From NCBI GenBank assembly GCA_902533795.1, contig CACAND010000001.1, positions 10,159 to 74,158 of the forward strand: a DNA stretch of 64,000 bases. Direction: 5' to 3'. The translations under genes and the position numbers were made by a program. Source of the DNA: an uncultured Candidatus Actinomarina sp. (GTDB taxonomy: Bacteria; Actinomycetota; Acidimicrobiia; Actinomarinales; Actinomarinaceae). The notes beneath the pieces were generated by a model. The model did not search any database. It saw only the letters and a program-made list of their open reading frames with translations, and was not told where the DNA came from. This document shows, piece by piece, positions 27,783 through 37,995 of the stretch. The number at the start of each line of letters is the position of its first letter. Positions within the stretch are counted from its first letter, which is position 1.

Positions 27783-28685
27783 TTGAGTATGAAAAAAATT
27801 GTCTATTTATCTGGTGGAATTGGTGGAGCGAAGCTTGCTAAAGGTTTTTACAATTTAAATGATATTGACTTAACAATTATCGTAAATACAGGTGACGATG
27901 AAACCATACATGGGGTAAGGCTATCACCTGACATAGATTCCGTAATTTATGCGTTAGCTGGAATTGAGGGTCAGTTTGGATGGGGACAAAAAAATGACAC
28001 TTTTTCAGTTAGCGAAGAATATAAAAAATATTTACCACAAGAATTTAATCTCGGTGATAAAGATCTCGCTTTAAATCTTTTTAGAAATCAACTATTTTCA
28101 GAGGGAAAGTCTTTAACTCAGATAACAAACATAATTACAAATAAATTTGATTTAAATTGTAAAATTTTGCCAATGTCTGATAATTTAGTAAGTACGAAAA
28201 TTAAAACCTCCAATGGTAAATTATTAGACTTCCAAGAATATTTTGTTGAATTAAAATCTGAACCAAAAATAAGTGATGTGATTTATTTAGGATCTGAAAA
28301 AGCAGTCATTACAAAGGAAGTATCAAATGCAATAGATGAAGCAAATAAAATAGTCGTTGGTCCCTCAAATCCCATATTGTCTATCGGACCAATTCTTGCA
28401 ATTAAAAATTTGAAAGATAAATTAATGAGTAGTAATTCAATATATGTTGTTAATCCATTTATTAAAAATAAAGCAATTAAAGGGCCTTCAAAGAAAAATT
28501 TTGAAGATCTCGGTTTTAAGAGTGATATAACTGGAATTAAAGACTTTTATAACAATATTGGTAATTACTACATAGTTCAATCAGGTGATACAGACAAAGC
28601 AGAAAATACGATTGAGAAAAATATATTATTTAAGTCCACAGAAGATTCAACTAATTTAGCAAGGTATATTGTTGATCATGAATAA
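27783..28685 (+). CDS. cofD: 2-phospho-L-lactate transferase (F420 biosynthesis, LPPG:Fo transferase)
   Basis: 300 aa. N-terminus IVYLSGGIGGAKLAKG and IIVNTGDDETIHGVRLSPDIDSVIYALAG match the CofD/UPF0052 signature. Confidence 0.75.
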   Translation: MSMKKIVYLSGGIGGAKLAKGFYNLNDIDLTIIVNTGDDETIHGVRLSPDIDSVIYALAGIEGQFGWGQKNDTFSVSEEYKKYLPQEFNLGDKDLALNLFRNQLFSEGKSLTQITNIITNKFDLNCKILPMSDNLVSTKIKTSNGKLLDFQEYFVELKSEPKISDVIYLGSEKAVITKEVSNAIDEANKIVVGPSNPILSIGPILAIKNLKDKLMSSNSIYVVNPFIKNKAIKGPSKKNFEDLGFKSDITGIKDFYNNIGNYYIVQSGDTDKAENTIEKNILFKSTEDSTNLARYIVDHE

Positions 28686-29376
28686 TATAACAATCATCCC
28701 AATAAAAAATCTACCTGAATTTGAACCAAAACATGATTTGGCTTACGAGATAACTAAAACTTTTGGTAGTAATAATTTTATTCTTGAAGATAAGGATGTA
28801 ATCGTCATAACTCAAAAAATAGTTTCAAAAGTAGAGGATAGATTGATTAAAAACGATCATGAAACTATTGAAAAATTAATTCAGAAAGAATCCTTAGAAA
28901 TTTTAAGAAAAAGAGGTGATACGGTAATTGCAAGAACAAAACATGGTTTTATTTGTGCAAATGCTGGCATTGATAAGTCAAATATTGAAAAAGGATCAGT
29001 TTTGCTGTTGCCTGAAGATCCAGATAAAACGTGTAGAGATATAAGAAAAAAAATTGAACATATAACTAATAAGAAAATTAGCATAATCATATCTGATACT
29101 TTTGGTAGAGCATGGAGAAAAGGTCAAACCAATGTTGCTATAGGGTCGTCAGGTATTGAGCCTTTAGAAAGCTATATAGGCAAAAAAGATGCTTTCGATA
29201 ATGAATTGTTTGCGACTGAAATAGCAATTATTGATGAACTAGCTGGAGCTGCAGAATTAGTTATGAAAAAATCTGACAATATACCGGTGGCCATTATTAG
29301 GGGAGTTAACTATAAATCTTCAAATTTAGGAGTAAAAGAATTAATTAGAAAAGAAGACGAAGATTTTTTTCTGTAA
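28669..29376 (+). CDS. cofE: coenzyme F420-0:L-glutamate ligase
   Basis: 235 aa. ICANAGIDKSN and GRAWRKGQTNVAIG resemble CofE / the FbiB N-domain. Overlaps cofD by 17 nt. Confidence 0.7.
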   Translation: MLIMNNITIIPIKNLPEFEPKHDLAYEITKTFGSNNFILEDKDVIVITQKIVSKVEDRLIKNDHETIEKLIQKESLEILRKRGDTVIARTKHGFICANAGIDKSNIEKGSVLLLPEDPDKTCRDIRKKIEHITNKKISIIISDTFGRAWRKGQTNVAIGSSGIEPLESYIGKKDAFDNELFATEIAIIDELAGAAELVMKKSDNIPVAIIRGVNYKSSNLGVKELIRKEDEDFFL

Positions 29377-29397
29377 AGGTGCACATAAATAAATTTT

Positions 29398-30333
29398 TTA
29401 TTCATTCTTAAACCAGTCTACTAATTCTTCAATCCCTCTATTTAGATTATATTCTGGAGCCCAATCCAAAATTTTCTTAGCCTTTTCATTATTTAAAACA
29501 CTTCTAAGTAGCTCACCGTCTCTTTGTGGTTTGTAGTCTGGTTCTCCCTCCCACGAAGTTATTGATCCAATTAGTGATACCAATTCATTTACGGTTGTTT
29601 CTTTACTCGTGCCTATGTTCAAAAATAAATCTTCATCAATTTCTGACGATTTTATTAATGCACTTACAACATCGGTCACAAAAATATAATCACGTGTTTG
29701 TTTTCCATCTCCAAAAACAATTGGTGTTTCATTTTTAAGCATCTTTCCAGTAAATATTGACATTACACCTGCTTCGCCATGTGGATCTTGTCTTGGACCA
29801 TAAACATTTGCTAAATTTAAAATTGAATATGACATTATTTGATCTTGGAGCATCAATTTTATAAATTCATTGAGCTTTTTTTTTGCAACTCCATATGGCG
29901 ATGCTGGCTCTCCTGCATAATCTTTTTCAGATGTTGGTATAACATTAGGTTCACCAAATATTGTTCCTCCGGAAGAGCTGAACACAAATTTTTTACAATC
30001 TGTACTTATTAGTTTCTGTAATAACTTAATTGGTTGTAAAAGATTATGTTCAAAATCTAAGAGTGGATTTTCAACAGAAACAACTACTGAAGATTGAGCA
30101 GCTAAATGAAAACAGATACCTGGGTTGAATGTTTCAATTACCTTTAATGATTTATCAGAACCAAGGTCATCATAAATTGCCTCTACATTGTCTAATTTAT
30201 CAATATTTGATTTTTTTCCAGTTAGTAAGTTATCAACAACTAATACTCTTACATTATTTTTTACAAGTTCTTGAACAAGATGAGAACCTATAAATCCTGC
30301 GCCACCAGTTACTAAAGCTTTTTCAAATTTCAA
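29398..30333 (-). CDS. NAD-dependent nucleotide-sugar epimerase/dehydratase (GalE-like)
   Basis: 311 aa. Rossmann motif VTGGAGFIGSHL and YxxxK (YGVAKK) of extended SDR enzymes. Confidence 0.8.
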   Translation of the reverse strand: MKFEKALVTGGAGFIGSHLVQELVKNNVRVLVVDNLLTGKKSNIDKLDNVEAIYDDLGSDKSLKVIETFNPGICFHLAAQSSVVVSVENPLLDFEHNLLQPIKLLQKLISTDCKKFVFSSSGGTIFGEPNVIPTSEKDYAGEPASPYGVAKKKLNEFIKLMLQDQIMSYSILNLANVYGPRQDPHGEAGVMSIFTGKMLKNETPIVFGDGKQTRDYIFVTDVVSALIKSSEIDEDLFLNIGTSKETTVNELVSLIGSITSWEGEPDYKPQRDGELLRSVLNNEKAKKILDWAPEYNLNRGIEELVDWFKNE

Positions 30334-31193
30334 GGTCTAACAATCTCTTCATTTAATATGGTCCCATCTTTAATAATTGTTCCATCACAAATTATTGAAT
30401 TTTTAATTTGTACATTATTCCCAATAGAACATGACCCTAAAATTACACTATTTTCGATTGTTACGTTTTTTCCAATAATCACTGTTTCGGAGATCCAGTT
30501 ACTCTGATTTTCTGTATGAGCATATATATATGACTCTCTTGTTCCTATGTCTAACATATTACCTTCAACAATAAAGCAATCTATTAACTTCTTATCTGCT
30601 AACTCAGGAAATACATTTTTCTCAAATGAACAAGGAATTTCAAACTTATTTTCTATTTCCTTAATATCTTTTTTATGGAGACAATATACTCCAAGGCTTA
30701 TATTGTTTCCATATTTCATATCTTCTGGTTTTTCAATAAAATTAATAATTTTTGTTCCATCTAATTCTAGGACTCCGTACCTTGAAGGATCATCAACTGG
30801 TATAGAACAGATAGTTGAATTTTTTGAATTGTTTGCAACTTCTAAAAATGAGTTAAAATTCATTTCGATCAATAAGTCCCCGTTCATACACAAAAATTTA
30901 TCACTAAAATTGTTGATGTTTTGAACTACAAAACCAGCTGTGTCTAATTTTTCGTGTTCAAAATGTAAGTTCACATTAAAGTGGGAATTTTTTTTATACT
31001 CTAGCCAAAACTTTTCATGCTTAATTGAACATATTAAATTAATGTTTTCTAAATTTGATTTATCTAAATTTTCAAGAATTAAATCAATTAGTAATTTTCC
31101 CTTGATAGTCAGTAAAGCTTTTGGAATCCCCTCAGATAAAGGTCTTAACCTTGTGGCTTCTCCACCAACTAATAGATATATATCTTTAATCAT
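30330..31193 (-). CDS. sugar-1-phosphate nucleotidyltransferase with C-terminal left-handed beta-helix
   Basis: 287 aa. N-terminus LLVGGEATRLRPLSEGIPKAL (the GxGTRL-type NTP-transferase motif). C-terminal hexapeptide-repeat region. Confidence 0.7.
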   Translation of the reverse strand: MIKDIYLLVGGEATRLRPLSEGIPKALLTIKGKLLIDLILENLDKSNLENINLICSIKHEKFWLEYKKNSHFNVNLHFEHEKLDTAGFVVQNINNFSDKFLCMNGDLLIEMNFNSFLEVANNSKNSTICSIPVDDPSRYGVLELDGTKIINFIEKPEDMKYGNNISLGVYCLHKKDIKEIENKFEIPCSFEKNVFPELADKKLIDCFIVEGNMLDIGTRESYIYAHTENQSNWISETVIIGKNVTIENSVILGSCSIGNNVQIKNSIICDGTIIKDGTILNEEIVRP

Positions 31194-32565
31194 TATTCAA
31201 AATATTTAATAGTTCTTCAAATTCAGATTGTATATCGATTTGTAATATGTTTTCCCATAAATTATTTGCTTCTTCTTCTTTAAAATAAGGAGATGCATTC
31301 TTAACAAATTTTTCTTTAAGAAAAGGTACGGCTTCATTTCGTCTATTTGGATGACCAATTGGCGTCTCTACTTTCTCTTTAATAGATAATGACCCATCTT
31401 TATATTTAAAATAGATTTCATTAGATATATGTCTTTTAGAGATTTCATAATAATTTTTAGTAAATACTTTATTCTCTAATACTTTTATTTTTTTTCTTAA
31501 GGCATTAACTTCATCTATTCCATGAAAATTATCACTATATGTATCTGATGTAATCTCTTTAAAAATTAATGCAGCAGAAACCATGTATTCAAGGGAATGA
31601 TCTCGGTCTGAAGCATTATTAAGGTCTTTTTTATTACTAATAATTCTTAAAGCTGGCTCATGAGTTTCAATGATTATTTCATCAATATCTTTTTTATTGT
31701 CATTGAATAAATCTGATAATTTAAAAGCTGCTTCAACTGCAGATTGACCATGAAATTCTGCTGGAAATAAAACTTTGAATAATATATTTTGAATTACCCA
31801 GTCGTTAAGATCTTTCCCAAACAATAGAATTTCATCATCTAAAAATACTTTATTAAATCCCCATATTTGATCATCTTGTATGTTTTCATACGTATTGTCA
31901 GGAAACTGGCTTATTTCGGCAAGTTCAATGCCTCTAGAAACTGCATCTCCTGCTGCCCAGCTTTTTCTTTTACCAACATTTGGAGCTTGTCTGTAAGATC
32001 TTAAATTAACACCATCTAATAAAACATTATTTACTGTTCTTGATATTAATTCAGTATTTTTATCTGATAATAAAGAAGAATATACTGCTCCAGATGCAAG
32101 CTTTACATAGAAGACATGATCATATCCCTTTTTATTTAATGATGTGCCTAGAGCCAAGCTGCCTTGGATTTCATACATCTGAATAATTGATTGTAAAAAT
32201 TGTGAAATATTTTTTTCTTTGTGACTTATAAAGTATGCAAATGCTGTTCCAATATTATCAGATGGATGAGCCCACTCTTTAGCAAGAAAAGTATCGTTAT
32301 AATCAAACCACCGTGTCAAAATTGAAAAATAACGAGCTATTTCATTTGATGATGGCATATCTCCTAAAACTATAAATGGATTTGTGTTACCACCATAAAC
32401 GTTTCTGGTGGCAAATCTCATGGGGTCTTCGTAAGTTGAAGCATTATATATGCAACCTAAAGTATCTAAAAGTGATAATTTAACTGCAAATATATTTTCC
32501 TCAGAAAATTTAATATTTTTTGAAAGATAGTTTGAAATTATTTTATCAATATTTTGTTGATCCAA
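31186..32565 (-). CDS. prpD: 2-methylcitrate dehydratase (MmgE/PrpD family)
   Basis: 459 aa. Multiple blocks align to PrpD: LLDTLGC, WFDYNDTFLAKEWAHPSDNIG, RSYRQAPNVGKRKSWAAGDAVSRG, FPAEFHGQSAVEAA, ASDRDHSLEYMV, PIGHPNRR. Confidence 0.8.
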   Translation of the reverse strand: MDQQNIDKIISNYLSKNIKFSEENIFAVKLSLLDTLGCIYNASTYEDPMRFATRNVYGGNTNPFIVLGDMPSSNEIARYFSILTRWFDYNDTFLAKEWAHPSDNIGTAFAYFISHKEKNISQFLQSIIQMYEIQGSLALGTSLNKKGYDHVFYVKLASGAVYSSLLSDKNTELISRTVNNVLLDGVNLRSYRQAPNVGKRKSWAAGDAVSRGIELAEISQFPDNTYENIQDDQIWGFNKVFLDDEILLFGKDLNDWVIQNILFKVLFPAEFHGQSAVEAAFKLSDLFNDNKKDIDEIIIETHEPALRIISNKKDLNNASDRDHSLEYMVSAALIFKEITSDTYSDNFHGIDEVNALRKKIKVLENKVFTKNYYEISKRHISNEIYFKYKDGSLSIKEKVETPIGHPNRRNEAVPFLKEKFVKNASPYFKEEEANNLWENILQIDIQSEFEELLNILNND

Positions 32566-32568
32566 AAA

Positions 32569-33618
32569 CTAATCTCTTTCTTCAACTCCAATATATTTTG
32601 CTGCTGGTCTTATTAAGGTATCATCTTCTCGTTGTTCAAAATAATGCGCAGCCCAACCAACTGACCTTCCAGCAACAAAAATAGGAGTGAATAAATTTAC
32701 ATTAAAATTTAACTCTGAAAGCAATAATCCACCATAAAAATCAACATTTGGAAATAGTTTTTTTTCTTGGTCCATAATTTGATCAATCTTTTTTGCAATT
32801 TCAAATCTTAGTTTTGCATCATCATCAGAAATTAGTTTTTTTACCCAGCTTTTTACTACCGGGCTTCTGGGATCTTGAATTTTATAAACTCCATGTCCAA
32901 ATCCCATAATTTTTTTCTTTTCATCAAGCATTTTCATTACACCGACAGTTGCATCTTCAACATCTTGAAATGAGTTAATTAACTCTACCGCTCTTTCATT
33001 TGCTCCACCATGTAGTTCTCCTTTGAGAGTGCCTATTCCAGATACAATTGAACTGGTTAAATCAGACCTAGTTGAACCTGTAACTCTTGTAGCAAATGTA
33101 GAAGCATTAAATCCATGTTCCGCATAAAGAATTAGAATGTCATCTAATGCTTGTAGTTGATCTTTGGATGCTTCATCGCTTAACATTGAACTAGCAACTG
33201 TATACTCATCATTTAATTCGCTAGTTTTGCTGTCGTTGTAACTAGCTATAACATAAGCAACAGCTGCAGAAATTTGAGTAGTCGCTTCTAAATCAGATTT
33301 TTTTTCTGACTCACCAATATAAGAAACAATTGTTCTAATAACATCCATTGGATGTAGTCTTGATTTAATTTGTTCTAAAAGATTATTGATATTTTTGTCA
33401 CTATCTAATTCTGTATAGTATTTTTGGAAAAATGCTGTGAAATCAGAACCGTTTAGATCATCATCAATAATGAGTGATGCAACATCTTCATAAGTATGTG
33501 TATCTGTGAGCTTAATTGCATCATAGCCACGATATCTTAGTGAGGTACCCTCCATGCCGACGGTGGATATTTTAGTTTCTCCTGCAATTACTCCTCTTAA
33601 ACCTGGTGAATATTCCAT
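32569..33618 (-). CDS. prpC: citrate synthase family protein, probable 2-methylcitrate synthase
   Basis: 349 aa. Citrate-synthase catalytic His motif GFGHGVYK. Located immediately upstream of prpD on the same strand. Confidence 0.7.
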   Translation of the reverse strand: MEYSPGLRGVIAGETKISTVGMEGTSLRYRGYDAIKLTDTHTYEDVASLIIDDDLNGSDFTAFFQKYYTELDSDKNINNLLEQIKSRLHPMDVIRTIVSYIGESEKKSDLEATTQISAAVAYVIASYNDSKTSELNDEYTVASSMLSDEASKDQLQALDDILILYAEHGFNASTFATRVTGSTRSDLTSSIVSGIGTLKGELHGGANERAVELINSFQDVEDATVGVMKMLDEKKKIMGFGHGVYKIQDPRSPVVKSWVKKLISDDDAKLRFEIAKKIDQIMDQEKKLFPNVDFYGGLLLSELNFNVNLFTPIFVAGRSVGWAAHYFEQREDDTLIRPAAKYIGVEERD

Positions 33619-33694
33619 AGCTAACTAAGTCTACAGGCAAATTAATAAATTAGACTATTACAATTTTGAATTTTATGAATACTAAAATCTTTTC

Positions 33695-36655
33695 ATGGCG
33701 CAAATTCACGACTTAGAATCTAAATCAAGATTTGGGACAAGGTATATTGTCGGAACTATATTGGCTATCTCAACTTTATTAATAGCTGGTTGGATTGGGT
33801 TTTTTGTTTTTCTTCCAATTAAATCAGGTATGAGTACAGTGTATGAATTAGAAGAAAGATTTTTACCGCGAGCTGAGGGTATGGTTCTTGATTTCGTCTC
33901 TTTGTCAGAACCTTCAATCATCATAACTAGTGATAACATAATTTTAGACGAGTTGCATGATGGACTAAATAGAGATCCAATAAAACTGTCTGAGGTACCT
34001 CCATTTGTTATAAATACTTTATTAGCTGCTGAGGACAGCAATTACTACCAGCATGAAGGTGTGGATTTTATTGCAATATTAAGTGCTGTACTTGACAATT
34101 TAAGAGGAGTAACCAGAGGAGGCTCAACTATTACCTCACAAGTGGCAAAACAATCATTTGTTGGCGATGAAATTTCAATTAGGAGAAAAGTTGCTGAAGC
34201 AGTTGTAGCAGCAGAACTTGAAAGAAGATATACAAAAGATCAAATTCTGGAATACTATATAAATTCAATTTACTGGGGATCAGGTGCATATGGACTTCAG
34301 TCAGCAGCATATGAGTATTTCAATAAAGAAGTTTCTGAACTTACGTTGGACCAAGCAGCAACCTTAGTAGTTATCATTAGAAGTCCCGCATATTACAACC
34401 CAAGAAAATATCCAGATAGAGTACTTGAAAGAAGGAACAATGTTTTAGATATTATGCTAAAAGAAGGATTTATAGTTGATATCCAACATAGATCAGCAAA
34501 GCTTGCTCCTTTAGTTATTTCCGAACAAAATAACATTGAAAACAATGCTGAGCATGTATCTGCTGAAGTAAAAAGACAACTACTTAATGATCCCCAATTT
34601 GCTTTTTTAGGAAATACAAAAGAGGATAGAAAGAAAAAATTATTTGGTTGCCCATCAGACGATACAAGCTGTACTGGTGGTGGAGGACTAAAAATTTACA
34701 TAACTGTAAATCTTGCATTACAAGAGCATGCAAATTCAATACTCAATAAATGGGTGCCTTCTTCGGATGAGGAGGAAACTGAAGATTTGGATGAGCCAAA
34801 GCCTACAGGTGTCATAACTTTATTAAATAACTTTACAGGAGCGATAGAAGTTATGGCCTCAGGAATTCCTTTTGATGAAGAGCAGTATAACCTAGCAACT
34901 CAAGGTAAAAGAAATCCAGGGTCTGCATTCAAACCAATTACTCTTCTTGCGGCTTTAGAAACTGGCTCTCAATTGTATAGCTACAGAGACTCGAGATCAC
35001 CTACCGAAATAGACTGTGGGTATCCTTGTGCCCCAGATGGGATTGGAACAAATTGGGTGGTTAGAAATTATGGAACATCAATAAAAGCTGATAGATACAT
35101 TAATCAAATTTCTGCTCAAGATCGAGCTATTGAACTTGAGTGTGTTGGGTATCACATAGAAGATATAAAAAATAAGGATTTTATTGAACAATTTCCAATT
35201 GTTGATGGACTTGATGATTTAGAAGATGAAAATGAAAAATTGTTAGCAATTGGAAAAGCTCTGAATCAATATGATGAAGAAGGTAATCCTGTAATTTACA
35301 CAACTAATGAAAATATTGATATTGATGAAAATCAATTAGTTATCAATGATGAACAGTTAATAGAGGAACAAAATAATTTAATACAAATAGATTTAGAAAA
35401 AGAAAATCAATATATTTACAAACCGTGTCAGGATAAATCTGAATATAACAGGTCAATTAAATTGTTAGATACATCAGGGATGGTTTCACTAGAAGAAGCA
35501 ACTAGACGATCTATAAATACAGTTTTTGCTCAATTAGCTTCCGAGATTGGTGGGGAAAAGCTTGCAAGCACTGCAAAAAGAATAGGAATTGAATCAGAAC
35601 TAGAACCAGTTATTTCTTTAACTCTTGGGGCAGGTGCAGTAACTCCAATTGAGTTGGCATCAGCCTACTCATCTTTTGCCACAAATGGAAAATTAGCACC
35701 ACCTTATTTAATTGAGAAAATTGAAGATTCAAATGGACAGCTTTTGTACAAACATATAATTTCAACGAGAACAAGTATTCCAGATCCTGCTGCAGCCGCC
35801 GCAGTAAGAAAAACACTTGAAGTAGCAGCTCAATTTGGAACGGGGACTCGTGCTGTCTTAGATGATAGGCCAATTGCTGGAAAAACTGGTACACATCAAG
35901 GCTTTAGAGAAGCATGGTTTATTGGATTTATTCCACAATATACTTCCTCTGTGTGGATAGGTTTTGCTGAAGAACAATTACCACTTACTGATGTTCAAAT
36001 AAATGGTGAATTAATTAAGAATGTTTCCGGTGGAAGAGTTCCTGCTCCAATTTGGAAAGAATTTATGGAAGAAGTTGTTAAAGACTTACCAATAGAAAAT
36101 TGGCCAGAAGATCCTCTTGATATAAAAAGATATTATGAAATTCCTAAAATAGAGATTCCAGAATTAGTTGGATTAAATGTACTAGATGCTGAAGAAATTG
36201 CATTTTCAGGCTATATTTTACCAACCATCAACTTGGTTGATTCAGAAGAAGCTCCTGGATTGGTATTAAAACAAAACGTACTCAACTGTGATAGAGATGG
36301 AAATGGAAACCAAGATGAAACTGAGGCTTCGGAAAATTCTTTAAATGAAGAAGATGATTGTATTGGTGTTGAAATGCCAGAAGGAACTGAAGTCATTTTA
36401 GAAGTATCAGGTAAAAAATTCACAGGTAATTTGCCAAATATTCCCCCTTGTTCTTTGACAGGTGAAGAGGCCGAAAATTTAGTAAAAGAGTTTATGAGAG
36501 AATCAAATGTAATTTTGTTCTTAAAAAACTCATTTGAGTTAACAGAGCTAGAAAATTGTGAAGGAAAAGTAATTGGGACAAACTTTCCCCAAGGAGGAAG
36601 TGTTTCAACTGGAGATAGCTTAACTTTTATAATTGGAAGTACAAATAAAGATTAA
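33695..36655 (+). CDS. class A penicillin-binding protein (transglycosylase/transpeptidase) with C-terminal PASTA-like region
   Basis: 986 aa. N-terminal TM anchor. GT51 motifs EDSNYYQHEGVD and RGGSTITSQVAKQ. Transpeptidase motifs (SAFKP; KTGT as AGKTGTHQG). The C-terminus carries PASTA-like beta-rich repeats. An acidic low-complexity insert (about 35180..35420) separates the two catalytic domains. Confidence 0.85.
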   Translation: MAQIHDLESKSRFGTRYIVGTILAISTLLIAGWIGFFVFLPIKSGMSTVYELEERFLPRAEGMVLDFVSLSEPSIIITSDNIILDELHDGLNRDPIKLSEVPPFVINTLLAAEDSNYYQHEGVDFIAILSAVLDNLRGVTRGGSTITSQVAKQSFVGDEISIRRKVAEAVVAAELERRYTKDQILEYYINSIYWGSGAYGLQSAAYEYFNKEVSELTLDQAATLVVIIRSPAYYNPRKYPDRVLERRNNVLDIMLKEGFIVDIQHRSAKLAPLVISEQNNIENNAEHVSAEVKRQLLNDPQFAFLGNTKEDRKKKLFGCPSDDTSCTGGGGLKIYITVNLALQEHANSILNKWVPSSDEEETEDLDEPKPTGVITLLNNFTGAIEVMASGIPFDEEQYNLATQGKRNPGSAFKPITLLAALETGSQLYSYRDSRSPTEIDCGYPCAPDGIGTNWVVRNYGTSIKADRYINQISAQDRAIELECVGYHIEDIKNKDFIEQFPIVDGLDDLEDENEKLLAIGKALNQYDEEGNPVIYTTNENIDIDENQLVINDEQLIEEQNNLIQIDLEKENQYIYKPCQDKSEYNRSIKLLDTSGMVSLEEATRRSINTVFAQLASEIGGEKLASTAKRIGIESELEPVISLTLGAGAVTPIELASAYSSFATNGKLAPPYLIEKIEDSNGQLLYKHIISTRTSIPDPAAAAAVRKTLEVAAQFGTGTRAVLDDRPIAGKTGTHQGFREAWFIGFIPQYTSSVWIGFAEEQLPLTDVQINGELIKNVSGGRVPAPIWKEFMEEVVKDLPIENWPEDPLDIKRYYEIPKIEIPELVGLNVLDAEEIAFSGYILPTINLVDSEEAPGLVLKQNVLNCDRDGNGNQDETEASENSLNEEDDCIGVEMPEGTEVILEVSGKKFTGNLPNIPPCSLTGEEAENLVKEFMRESNVILFLKNSFELTELENCEGKVIGTNFPQGGSVSTGDSLTFIIGSTNKD

Positions 36656-37995
36656 CTTAAGCTTTTAAAGTATTCATAAAGAGACAAAACACCAAAACCT
36701 GTTGCTCCTTTTCTATTATCTGATCTTGCAGGACCAGCTATATCAAGATGCATCCATTTATTATCTCCGATAAACTCTTGTAACAATAAAGCGGCAGTTA
36801 TGGCTCCACCAAATCTTCCACCAGTATTTTTCATATCAGCTAGATCAGAATCAATTAGTTTTCTATATTTTGAATATAAAGGGAGCGAGTGGAAATCTTC
36901 GTATGTTTTTTTTGCAGCTTCAATGAATTTTGATTCCACATCTTTGTTATTTGAAAAAACAGCTCCAACATCTAATCCTAATGCAACATATGATGCCCCA
37001 GTTAAAGTAGCGATATCACAAATTAGATCTGGATTTGATTCTGCGGCAAAAGCTAAGGCATCTGCCATTATCAATCTTCCCTCTGCGTCGGTGTTTAAAA
37101 CTTCTATAGTTTTTCCATTTCTAGCTTTTAAAACATCACCAGGTCTGATAGCTGAACCACTAACCATATTTTCAACAATTGGTGTGTATACAGTTAATCC
37201 AATATCTTGGTTGGTCCTTGCGACTAAATTAATTACTCCCCATGCACTTGCTGCACCTGACATATCGGTTTTCATAGTTTCCATACCCACTGGACTTTTT
37301 AGAGAGTAGCCTCCTGAATCAAAAAGTACACCTTTTCCAATTAGGGCAATCTGATATTTAGCTTTTTCATTATATTTTCCAACGACTAAATAAGGGGCTC
37401 TATCGGATCCTTTTGCGACTCCCAAAACGCCTCCAAAGTTGTTTTCTTCAAGCCACTTTTGATCAAATACTTCGACATTGACATCAGAAGATTCAACTAA
37501 ATTATTCACCTTTTCTATAAATTCTTCTGGAGATTTATCTAAAGCAGGCGTATTAATTTGGTTTCTTACCCAAAAGATGGAACTTTGTTTTATATTGTTT
37601 TCAGTAGTATCTTCATTATTAAATGTGATCTTGTTAATAGCCAAATCATCATTAGATTTGTAGTCATTGAATTTATACTGTGCATAGAGAATTCCGTCAA
37701 TTATTGGAATAATGTTGATATCAATATTTAGGAAATTTACCTCAACATCTTCTTTAATTTTTGAACCTATATTTATTCCTAACTCATACAATTCCTGATT
37801 ATCTTCTATTTCACCGATGCCAACCAAATAAGTTCTATTTTCTTTTTTAGAATAAGATGATGGCATAACAATTATTTGATTAGCTTTGCCTTCAAAAGAA
37901 TGTGTAATACAATATTCTTCGAATAGACTTGAATCATTTATAAAATTCTCAGATCCTTTTAAATCAGTATCCAAAAATAAAATATCAATTTTCAT
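36652..37995 (-). CDS. pepA: leucyl aminopeptidase (M17)
   Basis: 447 aa. M17 signature NTDAEGRL and the metal-ligand region GKGVLFDSGG. Confidence 0.85.
   Translation of the reverse strand: MKIDILFLDTDLKGSENFINDSSLFEEYCITHSFEGKANQIIVMPSSYSKKENRTYLVGIGEIEDNQELYELGINIGSKIKEDVEVNFLNIDINIIPIIDGILYAQYKFNDYKSNDDLAINKITFNNEDTTENNIKQSSIFWVRNQINTPALDKSPEEFIEKVNNLVESSDVNVEVFDQKWLEENNFGGVLGVAKGSDRAPYLVVGKYNEKAKYQIALIGKGVLFDSGGYSLKSPVGMETMKTDMSGAASAWGVINLVARTNQDIGLTVYTPIVENMVSGSAIRPGDVLKARNGKTIEVLNTDAEGRLIMADALAFAAESNPDLICDIATLTGASYVALGLDVGAVFSNNKDVESKFIEAAKKTYEDFHSLPLYSKYRKLIDSDLADMKNTGGRFGGAITAALLLQEFIGDNKWMHLDIAGPARSDNRKGATGFGVLSLYEYFKSLS

Noticed and set aside
29377-29397. Terminator between convergent cofE and the epimerase gene
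   Set aside because: The 21-nt gap contains only a GTGCAC palindrome. This is insufficient for a hairpin call.
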